Source: Priapulus caudatus (lineage: Eukaryota). Taken from it: a DNA stretch of 43,455 bases. The stretch spans positions 226,613 through 270,067 of the forward strand of contig NW_014577071.1 in the NCBI RefSeq assembly GCF_000485595.1, in the 5' to 3' direction. The notes under the pieces were generated by a model, which saw only the letters and a program-made list of their open reading frames with translations, made no database searches and was not told the origin of the DNA. How positions within the stretch are numbered: position 1 is the stretch's first letter; each line of letters starts with the position of its first letter. Position numbers and translations under genes: made by a program. Shown here piece by piece: positions 21,579-32,899 of this stretch.

Positions 21579-22816
21579 AGGCATAATAGGTCCATTGATT
21601 ATGGAATTTTAACGAATACTAGAGTAACTGGCACCTTGTGTAGTTAATAAGTATTAGTTACCTTATAGCCAAACGCGTATTAGTTTCTCCAATATCACTG
21701 CTAGTTACTAAGAAATGTCGAATTGAAATCCGTAAATCTGGTAATCTGGCGCCAACGCTAAATTGCTTGCCAAGCAATATAGCCTCGATTTCGGTTCGGT
21801 GACGTCACATGTTGCTACGGGTGTTTAGCAGAGAATTGTTTGTCCCGGGATGCTTATAACGACTAATGAGCTAGTAGAATGTATCTCTGCATGGGTGTAT
21901 TCTCGGTATTGAGGCACAAGTAAATAACCGTGGGTACTAATGAACGGGTACCCACATGTCTTCAATTTCGAACACAGGTGTATTCGTTTGACCAATATAC
22001 GTAAATGCGCGTAGTGCCGTCTGCTTTTCATGTTTAGTCTGTGGCCGTGGTTAGTCCGCGATCCCTCACATAGTGTTGGCCCCAAACACAGCCTACTTCA
22101 TTATCACGAGCGCCCGTGATTCGTATTTACGTTAATTACAATCAGAGCTAGCGTAGGGCCTACTGTTACGTATACAGTTACGGCACTGTACTATCGCTAG
22201 CGTGCCAGCTGAGCGGCAGCGTGCCAGCAGCAAGAGCTTGCAATAGCTGGTATTGCAACGGTAATAGCTGGAGATGATCTCCCAGTGCGCAGAGATACTG
22301 CATATGAACGTAATATACACGGACGCTCGGGATAAGGTAAAATGACAAGGTAAGGATATAACGTTTTATCTGGGCTGTCCGTCTTCTATAGTTCGTAGGT
22401 GTCAGTTTTCGTTCGTGTGTTCTGCACCATTTACGTGTTTCCCATTTTATAGTGTAATAAACCACCACAATTAACCCACCACAATTAAGACCACAATCAA
22501 CCCAATCCACAATTAAGACCACAATTAAGGATCGAAATCACTGATGATATAGCATTGCGTACGGCAGAGTATATGCGTGCGAAAATGTCCGGTGCACTAT
22601 AAATCTGTATCACACCCGCTTTGCGGCAGCTTTTTGAAAGTGTGGCCAACCGATTTTTGGACTGTGGATTTCAATTCGACATTTCTTAGTAACTAGCAGT
22701 GATATTGGACAAACTAATACGCGTTCGGCTATAAGGTAATGTACTTATTAACTACACAAGAGGCCAGTTACTCTAGCATTCGTTAAAATTGCATAATCAA
22801 TGGACCTATTATGCCT
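21579..22816. mobile_element. Non-autonomous Kolobok-like DNA transposon (1238 bp)
   Basis: Near-identical inverted repeats at 21579-21731 and 22666-22816; termini AGG...CCT; flanked on both sides by TTAA (21575-21578, 22817-22820); no transposase ORF recognised inside. Confidence 0.85.
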
Positions 22817-22964
22817 TTAAGCCAGACTAATAGCAGCTGCAACAGGAATTGGTGATGAATAAAAGTGACTATGTCTGTGAATATCTGATTTAAGTCTGTC
22901 AAGAAGTTCAACTGTTGTGGAAATTAATTTCATTTTGCATATTTTCTGTTACTTTCAGCAAAAG

Positions 22965-24045
22965 ATGTTGGCTAGAATGTCATTATCCCACTTACGCCGG
23001 TTGGTAGCGACATGTGGCAGGCGGAATATTGGTTTCACTGCGATAGCAGCACAGAAAACTGCCAAGCTTGATCCTATTCAGCAATTGTTTGTCGACAAAA
23101 TACATGAATACGACACAAAAAGCAAGTAAGTCTGTCTTAAATTATGTTCTTTTAAAATGTTTATAGTTTTACTTATTACTATTACTGATCTTTAGCATCT
23201 ACTAATATTAGTACTCAGTACTGCTAGCAAAAGTCGCCAATCAACTAAAATATACAACACGTTTCCATCCCCCATAAGTAAGAGTTTGAGCACTAGCAGT
23301 TCCAGTACAGCTATTACATCTGGTCATTTCAATGTGGACAAATGTAAAAATTTTTTTACATTATGCAGTACGTTATGGTAATGTAATCGGTAATTGTTTG
23401 CTCTAGGACTGCAGGTGGAGGGCTAGTCGACCCTTCTCCAGAAATCGGGAAGGAAATGCACGATGAACAGGAGAAAATTAAGAGGCAGTACTCTGATGGC
23501 AAAGAAGTGAACCTATCTGATTTCCCCTCTTTTCAATTCACAGGTATAATACGTAATAGAAGCATACAATGTAAGGAGTATAATAGGTATAATAGTATAC
23601 AGTAGTCAGTTAAGTTGTGGCTGTAGCTTGGGCATTTTGAGTTTGGGCAGCAAAGCAGTTTTTTTTGCAAAATTTACATGTGTATGATTTATTGAAATAA
23701 ATATTTGTTAGACTTATCAGGTTGTTCAATGCACGAAGTAAATGTTGCGATTTCTTCTCTGACAATTAGATCAACTATTTCTGAAAGTTTCTATGGCAAC
23801 TGGGCAGGTGACAAGTTGATTATAATAGATTGTCTCAATGTGACAATGCAGTAAAAATAGTTCATGACATATCTCTATATGTATATCGCCAAAAAATTTA
23901 AAAATTGCAATGGCGAAATTAAAGTAGACATTAGTAAAACAATGATGAGACGTGATATAAGCTAATGTTTGGTATACTTTATAACACTTCAATTTCATTT
24001 CCAGAGCCATCTGTGGATCCTATAAACATGGATGGGAAGAAGTGA
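22965..24045 (+). CDS. ATP5PF: Mitochondrial ATP synthase peripheral stalk subunit F6 (coupling factor 6), 3 coding exons, 112 aa
   Basis: Exons 22965-23125, 23407-23543, 24005-24045 (339 nt, GT-AG, phases match). Protein begins with an Arg-rich, acid-free presequence, then RRNIGFTA...LDPIQQLFVDKIHEYDTKSKTAGGGLVD...FPSFQFTEPSVDPIN, typical of ATP5J/F6. An acceptor (TTTCAG, ending 22958) 6 nt before the ATG implies a non-coding upstream exon. Confidence 0.94.
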
Positions 24046-24492
24046 GACCAATAAACAACTAGGACAAATTTCCTGAACTTGTACTTGATACAAGTTCGTC
24101 TATAGCATCAGTAGCATCTATACAACTGAAATAATTTATACATAGCGAGTTTAATTTCTCTTTATGAATAGTCGTGTTTGTTAATTGTTACAGTTACTTA
24201 ATTAAAATGGATAGTTTCATTGTTAGCTCAAGTATTACTGTTATTTCTTCAAATTTTAAAATTTGACTTTCAAATTTATTTATTATTTACAATGTGGCAC
24301 TCAGTTGAAGCAACTAACACATTCAACTGTTTGATAATGTGAATCATAACCTTATGCACAATTTGTATTTTGCACACCATAGAGTTACAATTAGTTAGAC
24401 CAGTCATTTTATGGTGCATTGACATGGGGAGTTTTTGTTTAGAATTGATTTACATGGGACTTTTCGTGGTAATTATACATAAAACCTATTTA

Positions 24493-24498
24493 AATAAA
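24493..24498 (+). terminator. Candidate distal poly(A) signal of ATP5PF (a proximal AATAAA is at 24050-24055)
   Basis: AATAAA downstream of the ATP5PF stop codon. Confidence 0.35.
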
Positions 24499-25014
24499 AA
24501 GTGGATAGGTTTCTCGTCACAAATTTATTTCACTCCAAATATTGGATAATGTAAAAGTAATTGCATTTATCACAGATTACATATATGAATCACAGCAAGG
24601 TAGTGAAAGTAAACGTCAATGACAATAAGACCTAACATCTATATTAATTTTGTAATATTTGTAAAATAGTACTAAAAAATTGCTATCACAGTTGCATTCA
24701 TGGATTATGTGGTATAAACTGGCAGCTAAAGTTTCCATGTAGGCCAGCCAGTTTTCAGTTGCCAGTTTACATAAATATCAGCAGGAGTCAGTATTTGTCA
24801 TTATACGCTCCTGATATCAGACAGCATGCATGCACGAGCTTTCCTAATAACCTACTGGCATTATCTGTGCTGTGCCTTCACATACTGAATAGTGCAGCCA
24901 ATGAGCCATGAACATGTAATAAATAGCCAGCAGTGCAAACCAATACTATAAAAGTATATTGAGATATTAATAATTTAACATAGTGACTTCTAACTGCAAT
25001 GGTATCAAATTTAG

Positions 25015-25255
25015 GCTGAGAGGGTCTATGTCTCCCTGGGTACTGCCGGAACGTACCCTGGTAACTATCTAATATGCCGAGTATAAGTATAGTATAATAT
25101 CTCCTAACGAGTCTAGGGAGTCGCCTATGCCTACTCCCTAACCCTAACCCTAACCATATCAGATAGTTACCAGGCCCTGAGGGTACGTTCCGGTATACCG
25201 GATCGTACCCAGGGTACGTTCTGGCAGTACCCAGGGAGACATAGACCCTCTCAGC
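25015..25255. mobile_element. Palindromic MITE with (CCCTAA)n core and 9-bp target-site duplication
   Basis: TIR GCTGAGAGGGTCTATGTCTCCCTGGGTACTGCC and its reverse complement; direct repeat CAAATTTAG at 25006-25014 and 25256-25264. Confidence 0.88.
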
Positions 25256-25551
25256 CAAATTTAGGTGGTCAGCAATAGGGTTTCTCTGATGTTTTTAATG
25301 ACAAGTTTTACATATTTGTGTATATTAAGAGCAGATGGTGTGATGACTTGCGCTATACCAAATACACACACACATGGAAATACACATTGACATTAGCAAC
25401 ACTTTTACACACAATATCACAACAAACTCATTAAATACAATAAAGGTACCACAGCTTAAACAAAGGGCAATCCCCCTGTATAAGACTTACATATCTAATC
25501 AGAATAAAAATCTATAGAAAGATATGTACCCGTGTACGGCTAATGATTAGT

Positions 25552-28015
25552 TTACTCCTTTGTTTCTCTGCAATATCTGCTATGTTTCTTAGCAAGATTA
25601 TCGACAAGCTTGAGCTCTATCTCTACACCTTGATGTAACTCTTCCTTACTGATTGCCACTCCTTCAACTTCACCACTTGTTACAATAATGACTTGTCGTT
25701 TCCTTGTCTCCAAGACGTTCCCGACTACAACCTATCACATGAAACACAGGAAGCGGTTTTAGAAAAAAAAATCTAAAAGATTTTCATGCGGCATATTTGC
25801 CTACAACGTTCTTAGTGTAATTCAACTATTAATAATACATGGTTAGAGGTTAACACTCGTATAACAGCAGAATATCATGAATAATGTGTTACATACATTA
25901 TGCTGATATTTATCAAGGGCACCCTCTGACTTCTGCAGCAACAGCTCTTTGTTGGTTTCCAGCTGAAAGATGCATATGAAATATGCAGTGACATATAAAA
26001 GCAACGTCAGAACAATGAGTTGCAGTGCCAATCAAAGAAGTGTGAGCAAAGAACCACGGCATCAACCATTAATACCACAAGAAATATATTTAATCAAGCA
26101 AAACAAGATAATATATCTAGTTACGGTACAATTGCTGACATTAAAATAAAAATTAAGATTTTAACAGCAATTTTGTACTATATAAAATGCTGTCTTTTAG
26201 ATGCAGATGACATTTTGAATTGTTACACAACTCCACATCGCTGCGTTACACTAGCTTATAAAAGTTGACATTTACACGTGAAACTGCATAATTACAAGAA
26301 AACAAACCTTGAATGATACAATGAAGGCATCGGGTGCCCAGTCTTGCACCAGCAAGCCGATCATCTTAGGGACTGCCTGGAGGGTTACGGTGAGAGGTTT
26401 ACCCGACGACTGGATTTTGTGCTCCGGCTATTAAATACAACGTAGAAAGAGAATTTATATTCCTAGACTATTCCGACTTCTGTGTGACTTCTTCAATTCC
26501 AACTATCACCATCTCTATTTGTATTGTACGTGTTTTTCATTCCAAATATATGGTTTTGATGCAAACCTTTACCTTTTCTGGGTACTAATACTAGGGACTC
26601 ATGATAAGATTAATATCTTGTGATTAGAGATACCAATAGTGTAATTTACTGATTACTGGCAGCCGGGGAAGGATTGTCATATATGATTAAAACAACATTG
26701 GCTATTGCTTTTTTCACCCGAACCTTTCCCAAACATTCATCTTGCTTTAGAGGTTTTATATGGCATTTACGAATGGTTAAATGTGCCTACTAAAACATTA
26801 CTAGAGTTAGTTACTGTATTCAATTGACTTTGTCTGCCAGTGTTAATCGAGCGACAGTATGTTGTAAACACCAAAACCTTTCTTCCTTATACTGTCTGTT
26901 CAACAAATGTCTGGCCTGAACTTGTTCGCAATATTTCAAAAAGATGACCGAGTTCTCGTGAAAATCCTTAGCAAAAACGTGAAACATGCTGAATACTACA
27001 CGTGTTTGGTTGTTAGCCCTGCCAAAAACAAGTGATGTCCGTTTCATACGTACCAACTCGGTGGATGGAATGTAGAAGTCTGACACTGCTGAAGCCAGAT
27101 ACAGCATAGCATTTCTACCGATCACGTGCACAGCTTCGGCTGCGGCTCTCAGCAGAAACAGGTAATCAGTGACTGTCGTAAACTCCAACATCAGGAATCT
27201 CTTCTGGTTGCTGACATCCTGATATCGCAGAAGCACCGACAATAGCTTCGGAACTACATCGTCCTTCACTGCAATTAAAATTACAGGTTAACAACAGAGA
27301 CCTTTTTTTCACCTCGCATTATAGGTACCAAAAAAACAATCTTTAAACTAGTTATTGCTTTATATTCCTAAATTCAACACAATAATGCCCTGCCATGACA
27401 TGCCAACATTGCATTTTAAAGTTGACAGGTAATAGAACTTCAACAAAATATAAAAACGAATGCATATAGCTAACCTATGTTTAAATTTAGGTCTAATAAT
27501 ATAAATAAGAATTAAAGCGCAAACCTGAGACGTGCGACCTTTCATCGTTGACAGCGAGGTGTTCTAAGAACTGTGAGCAGTTGAAATGACGATAGTATGG
27601 AAGCAATGCTTCCTTCCTATGCAAAAATATCACAGCATAACCTGCCTCCAAAAAATACCTGTTAAGAATGAAGTTAAGAATATCTACATGAATAATTCTT
27701 TTCCTAGAAATACCCTAGCTCCTTCTTCCTTCAACAATATGCATTGCTCTGCTAGGATCATATCAGTAGTAGATAATAGGGAAGATAATAGTTCCCTATT
27801 ATCTACTACCGATCATATCTCCTGGATCATATGCATCGCCATTGCTAAATGTATTCACAAAATGTCCAATATGAACAAAGGTTAAGAAGTCTCATTACTC
27901 CTTAACAACTGATTAATCAAGGATACTCTGCTGATGCTGCCCCTCTTGATCCAGTGCTGAAGTTATCAATGAAGCGTACAGCCCGATGCTCCAAAGGCAC
28001 TGTCGTACCACCAGA
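25552..28015 (-). CDS. PPCS: Phosphopantothenate--cysteine ligase (CoA biosynthesis), 6 clean coding exons; 5' exon(s) lie in low-quality sequence near 30.0-30.2 kb
   Basis: Exons 27927-28015 ([30 protein letters not shown]), 27525-27658 ([14 protein letters not shown]), 27054-27268 ([12 protein letters not shown]), 26308-26427 (PEHKIQSS...VPKM...[11 protein letters not shown]), 25897-25962 (LETN...YQHN), 25552-25731 ([11 protein letters not shown]...EIE...stop). Phases are consistent and the motifs are characteristic of eukaryotic PPCS. Confidence 0.93.
27659..27926 (-). other. U12-type (minor spliceosome) GT-AG intron in PPCS
   Basis: 5' splice site GTATCCTTGA; branch-site-like ATTCTTAAC at 27673-27681, about 15 nt before the 3' CAG; flanking exons join in frame (SAE|YFL). 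Confidence 0.88.
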
Positions 28016-28640
28016 CTGAAAAGAAAAAGAAATGCCACGACATGATAATGGTTCATAATCTCATAACTCCTGCTGCCTGCCTCTACAATCATCTCCATGG
28101 GATTTCTAGGCCGAAATTTTCAAAAAAGATCCTAAGTTGCGCCAACCAATAGAACGGATGCACGCAATCGGTGTATTGAACCAATTCTAATCATGTAGGC
28201 ATTTGTTCAAAGGCGGCATCATTAATTTTCCCTCAGTCAAAAAATGCCCATATGTTAAGTGTATTGTTATGCCGTATAAGTTGTGGACATTATATTTTTT
28301 TGCTTTCACAATTGTTATTATATACTTTGAACCAAAATAGATTTAATTTTATTTTCATATGTTCAAGTTAAAACTGCCCCAAAACCCCCCAAAATCCAGA
28401 AAGCATTGACAAAATTGGCAAAACCCTCCTTAAAAAGTTTTTAGAAATTTCTCCCAATTTCTGACACTTTAGCAACAATTAAGTAGGGAATTACCTTTGG
28501 CTAAGACACACTTTCTTCGCCTTGTTTAGTTAATGTGCCCAACACAGACGAGTTGCCATTAAATACATGAGTATTAAATTAAACACCACTAAACATTGTC
28601 CTTTCGACGCTGAATGACGCAAAAAAGTTGGGTACAGTCT

Positions 28641-28850
28641 TTAAGCCCCCGTGGGGCACACGTGAGTTTATTTTACTCAATTAAAAAGATACCCGCAACG
28701 GAGGGTCAAATTTACTCCCAACGAAAAATCCGCCGCACACGTGAGTAAAAATCACGGGGAACTCCGCCGCAGTCAACGTAAGTAAAAATGAACTCATCGC
28801 TCATGTTTACCTTGTGTTAAAATAACCTCACGTGTGCGGCCAAGGCATTA
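28641..28850. mobile_element. Small palindromic MITE-like element in a PPCS intron
   Basis: GCACACGTGAGTTTATTTTAC near the left end and TTAAAATAACCTCACGTGTGC near the right end are inverted; TAA/TTA at the borders; noisy sequence. Confidence 0.5.
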
Positions 28851-29138
28851 GAGTTAGGGTGTAAAGTTAATTCCATTTTGGCCTGGGGGCCCCGCAATGT
28901 CCATCTGCGTGGTTTGGTGTTCTTTGGGGGCCATGGTGCGAAACCATGGGGATAAACTCGAATCGCCAAATGCAGTGCCCGAGTTACAGTGTTGTTAACA
29001 TTCCCTCTGGCCAGGGTAGGGGGGCAAACCCTTCCCCTGGCCCCACCGGCTACGATAGCTTAATATTATACTTCTTTTTTATACGCTCTTTGATTATTCA
29101 TTGTAAAATGAAATACAATCAAGTAAAACGCCTTGAAT

Positions 29139-29942
29139 AGGGGTCCCTAATGTTCCCCAGGGTACTGCCCGGAAAACGTACCCCCTGGGTACGGTCCCCG
29201 GTTAAGTAATAACCGCGGAAACTAATCCGCTGGTACACTACTACTAACTAGAATATGCCGCGACCCGTACCTCGCCCTATTTACCAACTAAACCGAAAAG
29301 TCTATGGGAAAGGTTCGCCTACGCCCTACTCCCCTAAACCCTAACACTAAACCCTTAACCCACAACTATTCAAGCTAGATAGTTACCAGGGGTTACGTTC
29401 CAGTTAATACTGTGAATCCGTACCCAGGGTACGTTCTGGCAGTACCCTGGGGGGACATAGGACCCCTATCCGAAGCAAATCAGTAACGCTGTTGAAAGGG
29501 TTCCCCTATGGTTCCCCCCGCCGGTTACTGCCCGGAACCGTTAACCCCTGGTACTTAATCTAATAGCCGAACCCGTAACCCTCAACCTTACTCCCACCTA
29601 ACCGGAGTCCCTAGGGGACACGTTTCCGCCTACTCCCAAACCTTAACCTAACCCCTAATTCTTAACCCTAAATTCCTAACCTCTAACCCATACTAAATAG
29701 TGGACCGCAGGGTACGGTTTTTTCGGCAAGTAACCCTGGGGGGCCCCCCCAAGGATTAGAGAACATGGGTCCAATCCAACCAATGTTGGCCCTTATACTA
29801 ACCCTAACCTACACCTATTATATTGATTATAAATATTATAATTTAATATTGATGTCAGAATGGAACCCATTGGGGGGTTTTTAAGTTGGGACCATTGTCC
29901 TCTATCCCTTGAAACCCCCCTTGGGCGGACATCTAGACCCTA
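29139..29942. mobile_element. Two tandem, error-ridden copies of the (CCCTAA)n MITE (about 29139-29467 and 29497-29942)
   Basis: Recognisable GGGTACTGCC..GGAACGTACCC, CCTACTCCCTAACC, GATAGTTACCAGG and GGCAGTACCCTGGGG..CATAGACCCTA blocks. Confidence 0.7.
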
Positions 29943-30042
29943 TAAAGCCATCAGTAACAGTGTATAATCAACTGTTTTTCCACTGGTTATATAATGGTAA
30001 CAGGCAGTTGTCATTGCGATACTGGAAAACGACGGCTTTAAC

Positions 30043-30178
30043 CGTAATGGACAACCCAGAAGTTTACGAGCCCCTTTCCTCTTTTTGAAGCCTGGCTGAA
30101 AAATTCTTGCCAGATTTCAAAGCAACTAAGAATTCCAGATTTTTGTGGCCTTTTTTTCCACTTCAAAAAATGCCCCTA
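30043..30178 (-). CDS. PPCS: Probable 5' coding exon of PPCS, frameshifted by apparent sequencing insertions
   Basis: After removing homopolymer-type insertions the minus strand reads approximately AFFEVEKKPQNLE...EF...RKLVVIT followed by a GTAAG-like donor (GTTAAAG). This supplies the expected '..V.VT|SGGT' junction. Confidence 0.55.
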
Positions 30179-31011
30179 GCAGTACATGGACGTGGGCCTT
30201 TCAAAAAATGGCAAAATGCCCCCACTTCAAGCCCCCATTCGCTTCTGTAACTAATAAATGATGCCTTGAGCACAGCGCAAAGCTCAAGTCCATGTGTACC
30301 TAATTTAACCGATATAACTTCAAAAAAATCCGCCCCCAAAAAGCCCCACCATGGGCCATCCCAAAAATCCACACAAAAAATTAATCCGGATAACACAGCG
30401 GTCCCCCAGAAGTTGTCTCAAAACCTGATAGTGATTAGTGGGATAGAGGTTTATAAAAAGCCTCCCTCCTACGGCTTTTGACAATCTTGTAGAACTGGTA
30501 CCCAATCTTTTCCAAACGACACGTAAGTTCCCGCATTTCCTTAACGTTTAAGGTAGCCCGTCAGTGGAATATAAAATTAGCAATGACACGATTTGAACCC
30601 ATCTATATATACAGAGGGCGTTTTAACAGGCAGCGTTGGTAAAACATGGGGCCCTTTCTGTTCCCCAAGTAAGACGCATCGTGGTAAGTTTTTACCGGTT
30701 TTGATATAATTTATACGAATTAAAAGTTCCGGAAGATTTTGCCTAATAGAGGCGTTGACTGTGATCAAACCTGAGTAAAATATTAACAGCTATGATATAT
30801 TTTTGTTAACCCACAGGCTGCCAAAAAGTTGGTTAACTCTGCAGCAGAAGCCCCGCGCGGTTGGCCGTTGTTTTGAACCAGTGTCCAGTTGATTTTGCTG
30901 AGGGGTTCCGTTGTCCGTAACCCTACGCCCTACTTCCCTAACCCCCTAACCCCTAACCGGGTTAAACCCTTAACCCCCTAACCCCTAACCAAATAACCAC
31001 CCTAACGCCCT

Positions 31012-32820
31012 AACCTCGACCAGTTGTTCCCCACTGACCCCGTGCCTAAATCAACAGCCTGCAAAAGTCCCATGGAGCCCCAACATTGTTGACAATCCTC
31101 CACATCATTATGTTCCTCATGGGCAGATAAACCACAACATTTCCGTCAAACCCGCTTTCAACATGGTTAATCGGGAAGGGTGGGTCTCCCTGCGAAACTC
31201 CCAAGCTTATCTTGGACCTTTTGTGGGACGATGGTGGTCCCAAAAAAGCCCATGGAAAGCTGGAAAAGCAGGTCGGAAACTGTGCTAATAATGGACCTTT
31301 TTCAAAAAGCTTTTGTGAACAAGGTAAACCCACAGCCTACTCCCCGGTTCACCCAAAAGTTTAAATTCACCCTATGGGATCCGTGGTAAAAACAACAACC
31401 CTGGATTAGTTCCAGTTCCCTGTCCCAGAAATCGAAATGCAGACAGTCCCGTCCCGTCCCGAATGGCGAGAGGATTGACCCTGTAAAATGGTTTAAGAAT
31501 TCAGGATGTCCCCGCAAAAGGTTCAGTGCTTTGGACCCCTTGCCCCCCTGTTCCTGTTTTACCATAAATGACATCCCGGAGAATACACAAGCAACCGTTT
31601 CCGACCTTTTTTGCAGATGACACATTGCGATTCAAATATAAGCCCCTCTGAACTAAACCACAAAGATTTTCAAACAAGAATACTTGGCACGAATGGAACC
31701 TTTGGGACCAACTAGGCAAGTCTGGGAAGAACAAGTGGATGATCGAAAGTTTTCCAGCCCAAAAACAAATGTCTTGGTTCCCTGACCATCACCAGAAAAA
31801 ACCCAACGCGAAACCTTTACCCATATGCTCTTTACGCGGACCAGTACCTTAGGAACGTGGCCCAACATTCAGCCCAAAGTAACCTGGGGGTGTCCAACAC
31901 TAAAACATCAATCTTCGATGGCACACCCACAATCAGCTTTCAAATCTGTAGTAAAAGCCAAGAATGGAACCCCTATCATTCCTTGAGAAGGAAACCTAAA
32001 AACTATTTTCCCTTCCAATGGAAGTTAAATCACTTTTGCCCTATTAACTCATTGGTTTAGGCCCACCGGTTGGGAGTTATGCCAGCACGGTAATGGATTC
32101 CCATATCAAGGCGCAGGACTTGCAAAACATCTTGAAATGGTCCCAAAGACGAGCCCGCGAAGAAAGTGTCTCAAAACCGCCCACCACAACAGGTCCCGAA
32201 GTGTTACTGAACCATGCCTTGAAACACCAAACTGGCCGACGCATGGAGTCCCAAGACGAAGGGGTTTTGCCCGTTTGGCCTTATGAATGTGTTTTAATCA
32301 AGCCTCGTCCAAAACGCATGGTTCAAACGTGGATATTCAAACAACCCCGTTCTGATTAACCACCTACTCGAAGCACCAGGAACATGTTCCAGAGGCAACT
32401 CTTTCCAAAATCCCATCCTGCAAGATGTGACTACAGGAAAGGCCTTCCTGTCTTTCCCCAAGGTCTATGACAGAGTGGAACGCCTTACCCGCTTGAAGTG
32501 GGTGGGACAGCCCGAAAAATCTAACTGTTTCCTTTAAAGCAGTCCCCTGAATGTACTGCCTAAACGAAACAATCAGGGCCCCGTTTTGCCTACCCCCTAC
32601 ACCGCTCCAAAGTAAACAGTTCATATGCAGCGAAGAAAAATGGCACTTGTGGCTTCTCTACCGCATTATATTGGCTCTTTTTGGCTTTTTTCTTCATTTT
32701 TTTTTCATTTCCAACATTTCAGAAATCTTGCGATGATTGAATGCCAACAGGGAGGCGAATGGTGGGAGACTGTGAAAAATAAAAATTTTCCTTCCCTTTG
32801 TATTATCTAATAGAAAATAA
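31012..32820 (+). mobile_element. 5'-truncated non-LTR retrotransposon (CR1-group LINE reverse transcriptase), heavily frameshifted
   Basis: Ordered RT motifs readable through indels: RPVSLT..CK, HG.RKG.SCE.QL, MDFSKAFDKV, YGIRGK, GVPQGSVLGP.LF..YIND, LFADD, YLGV, LVRP.LEYA, VQRRAAR, EWN.LP; ends near AATAAA-containing A-rich sequence. Confidence 0.8.
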
Positions 32821-32899
32821 AAGCTTCATAAAGCACAACTATATCCGAGGCCCCTCTAACAACGAGATAACTGTGCATAGGATAACGATCAGTAGCAGT

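Noticed and set aside
22852..22888. C/D-box snoRNA-like TGATGA...CTGA
   Set aside because: Too short and no terminal stem or recognisable guide.
30920..31015. True telomere or chromosome-fusion scar
   Set aside because: The short CCCTAA tract is part of the MITE core seen at several other positions.
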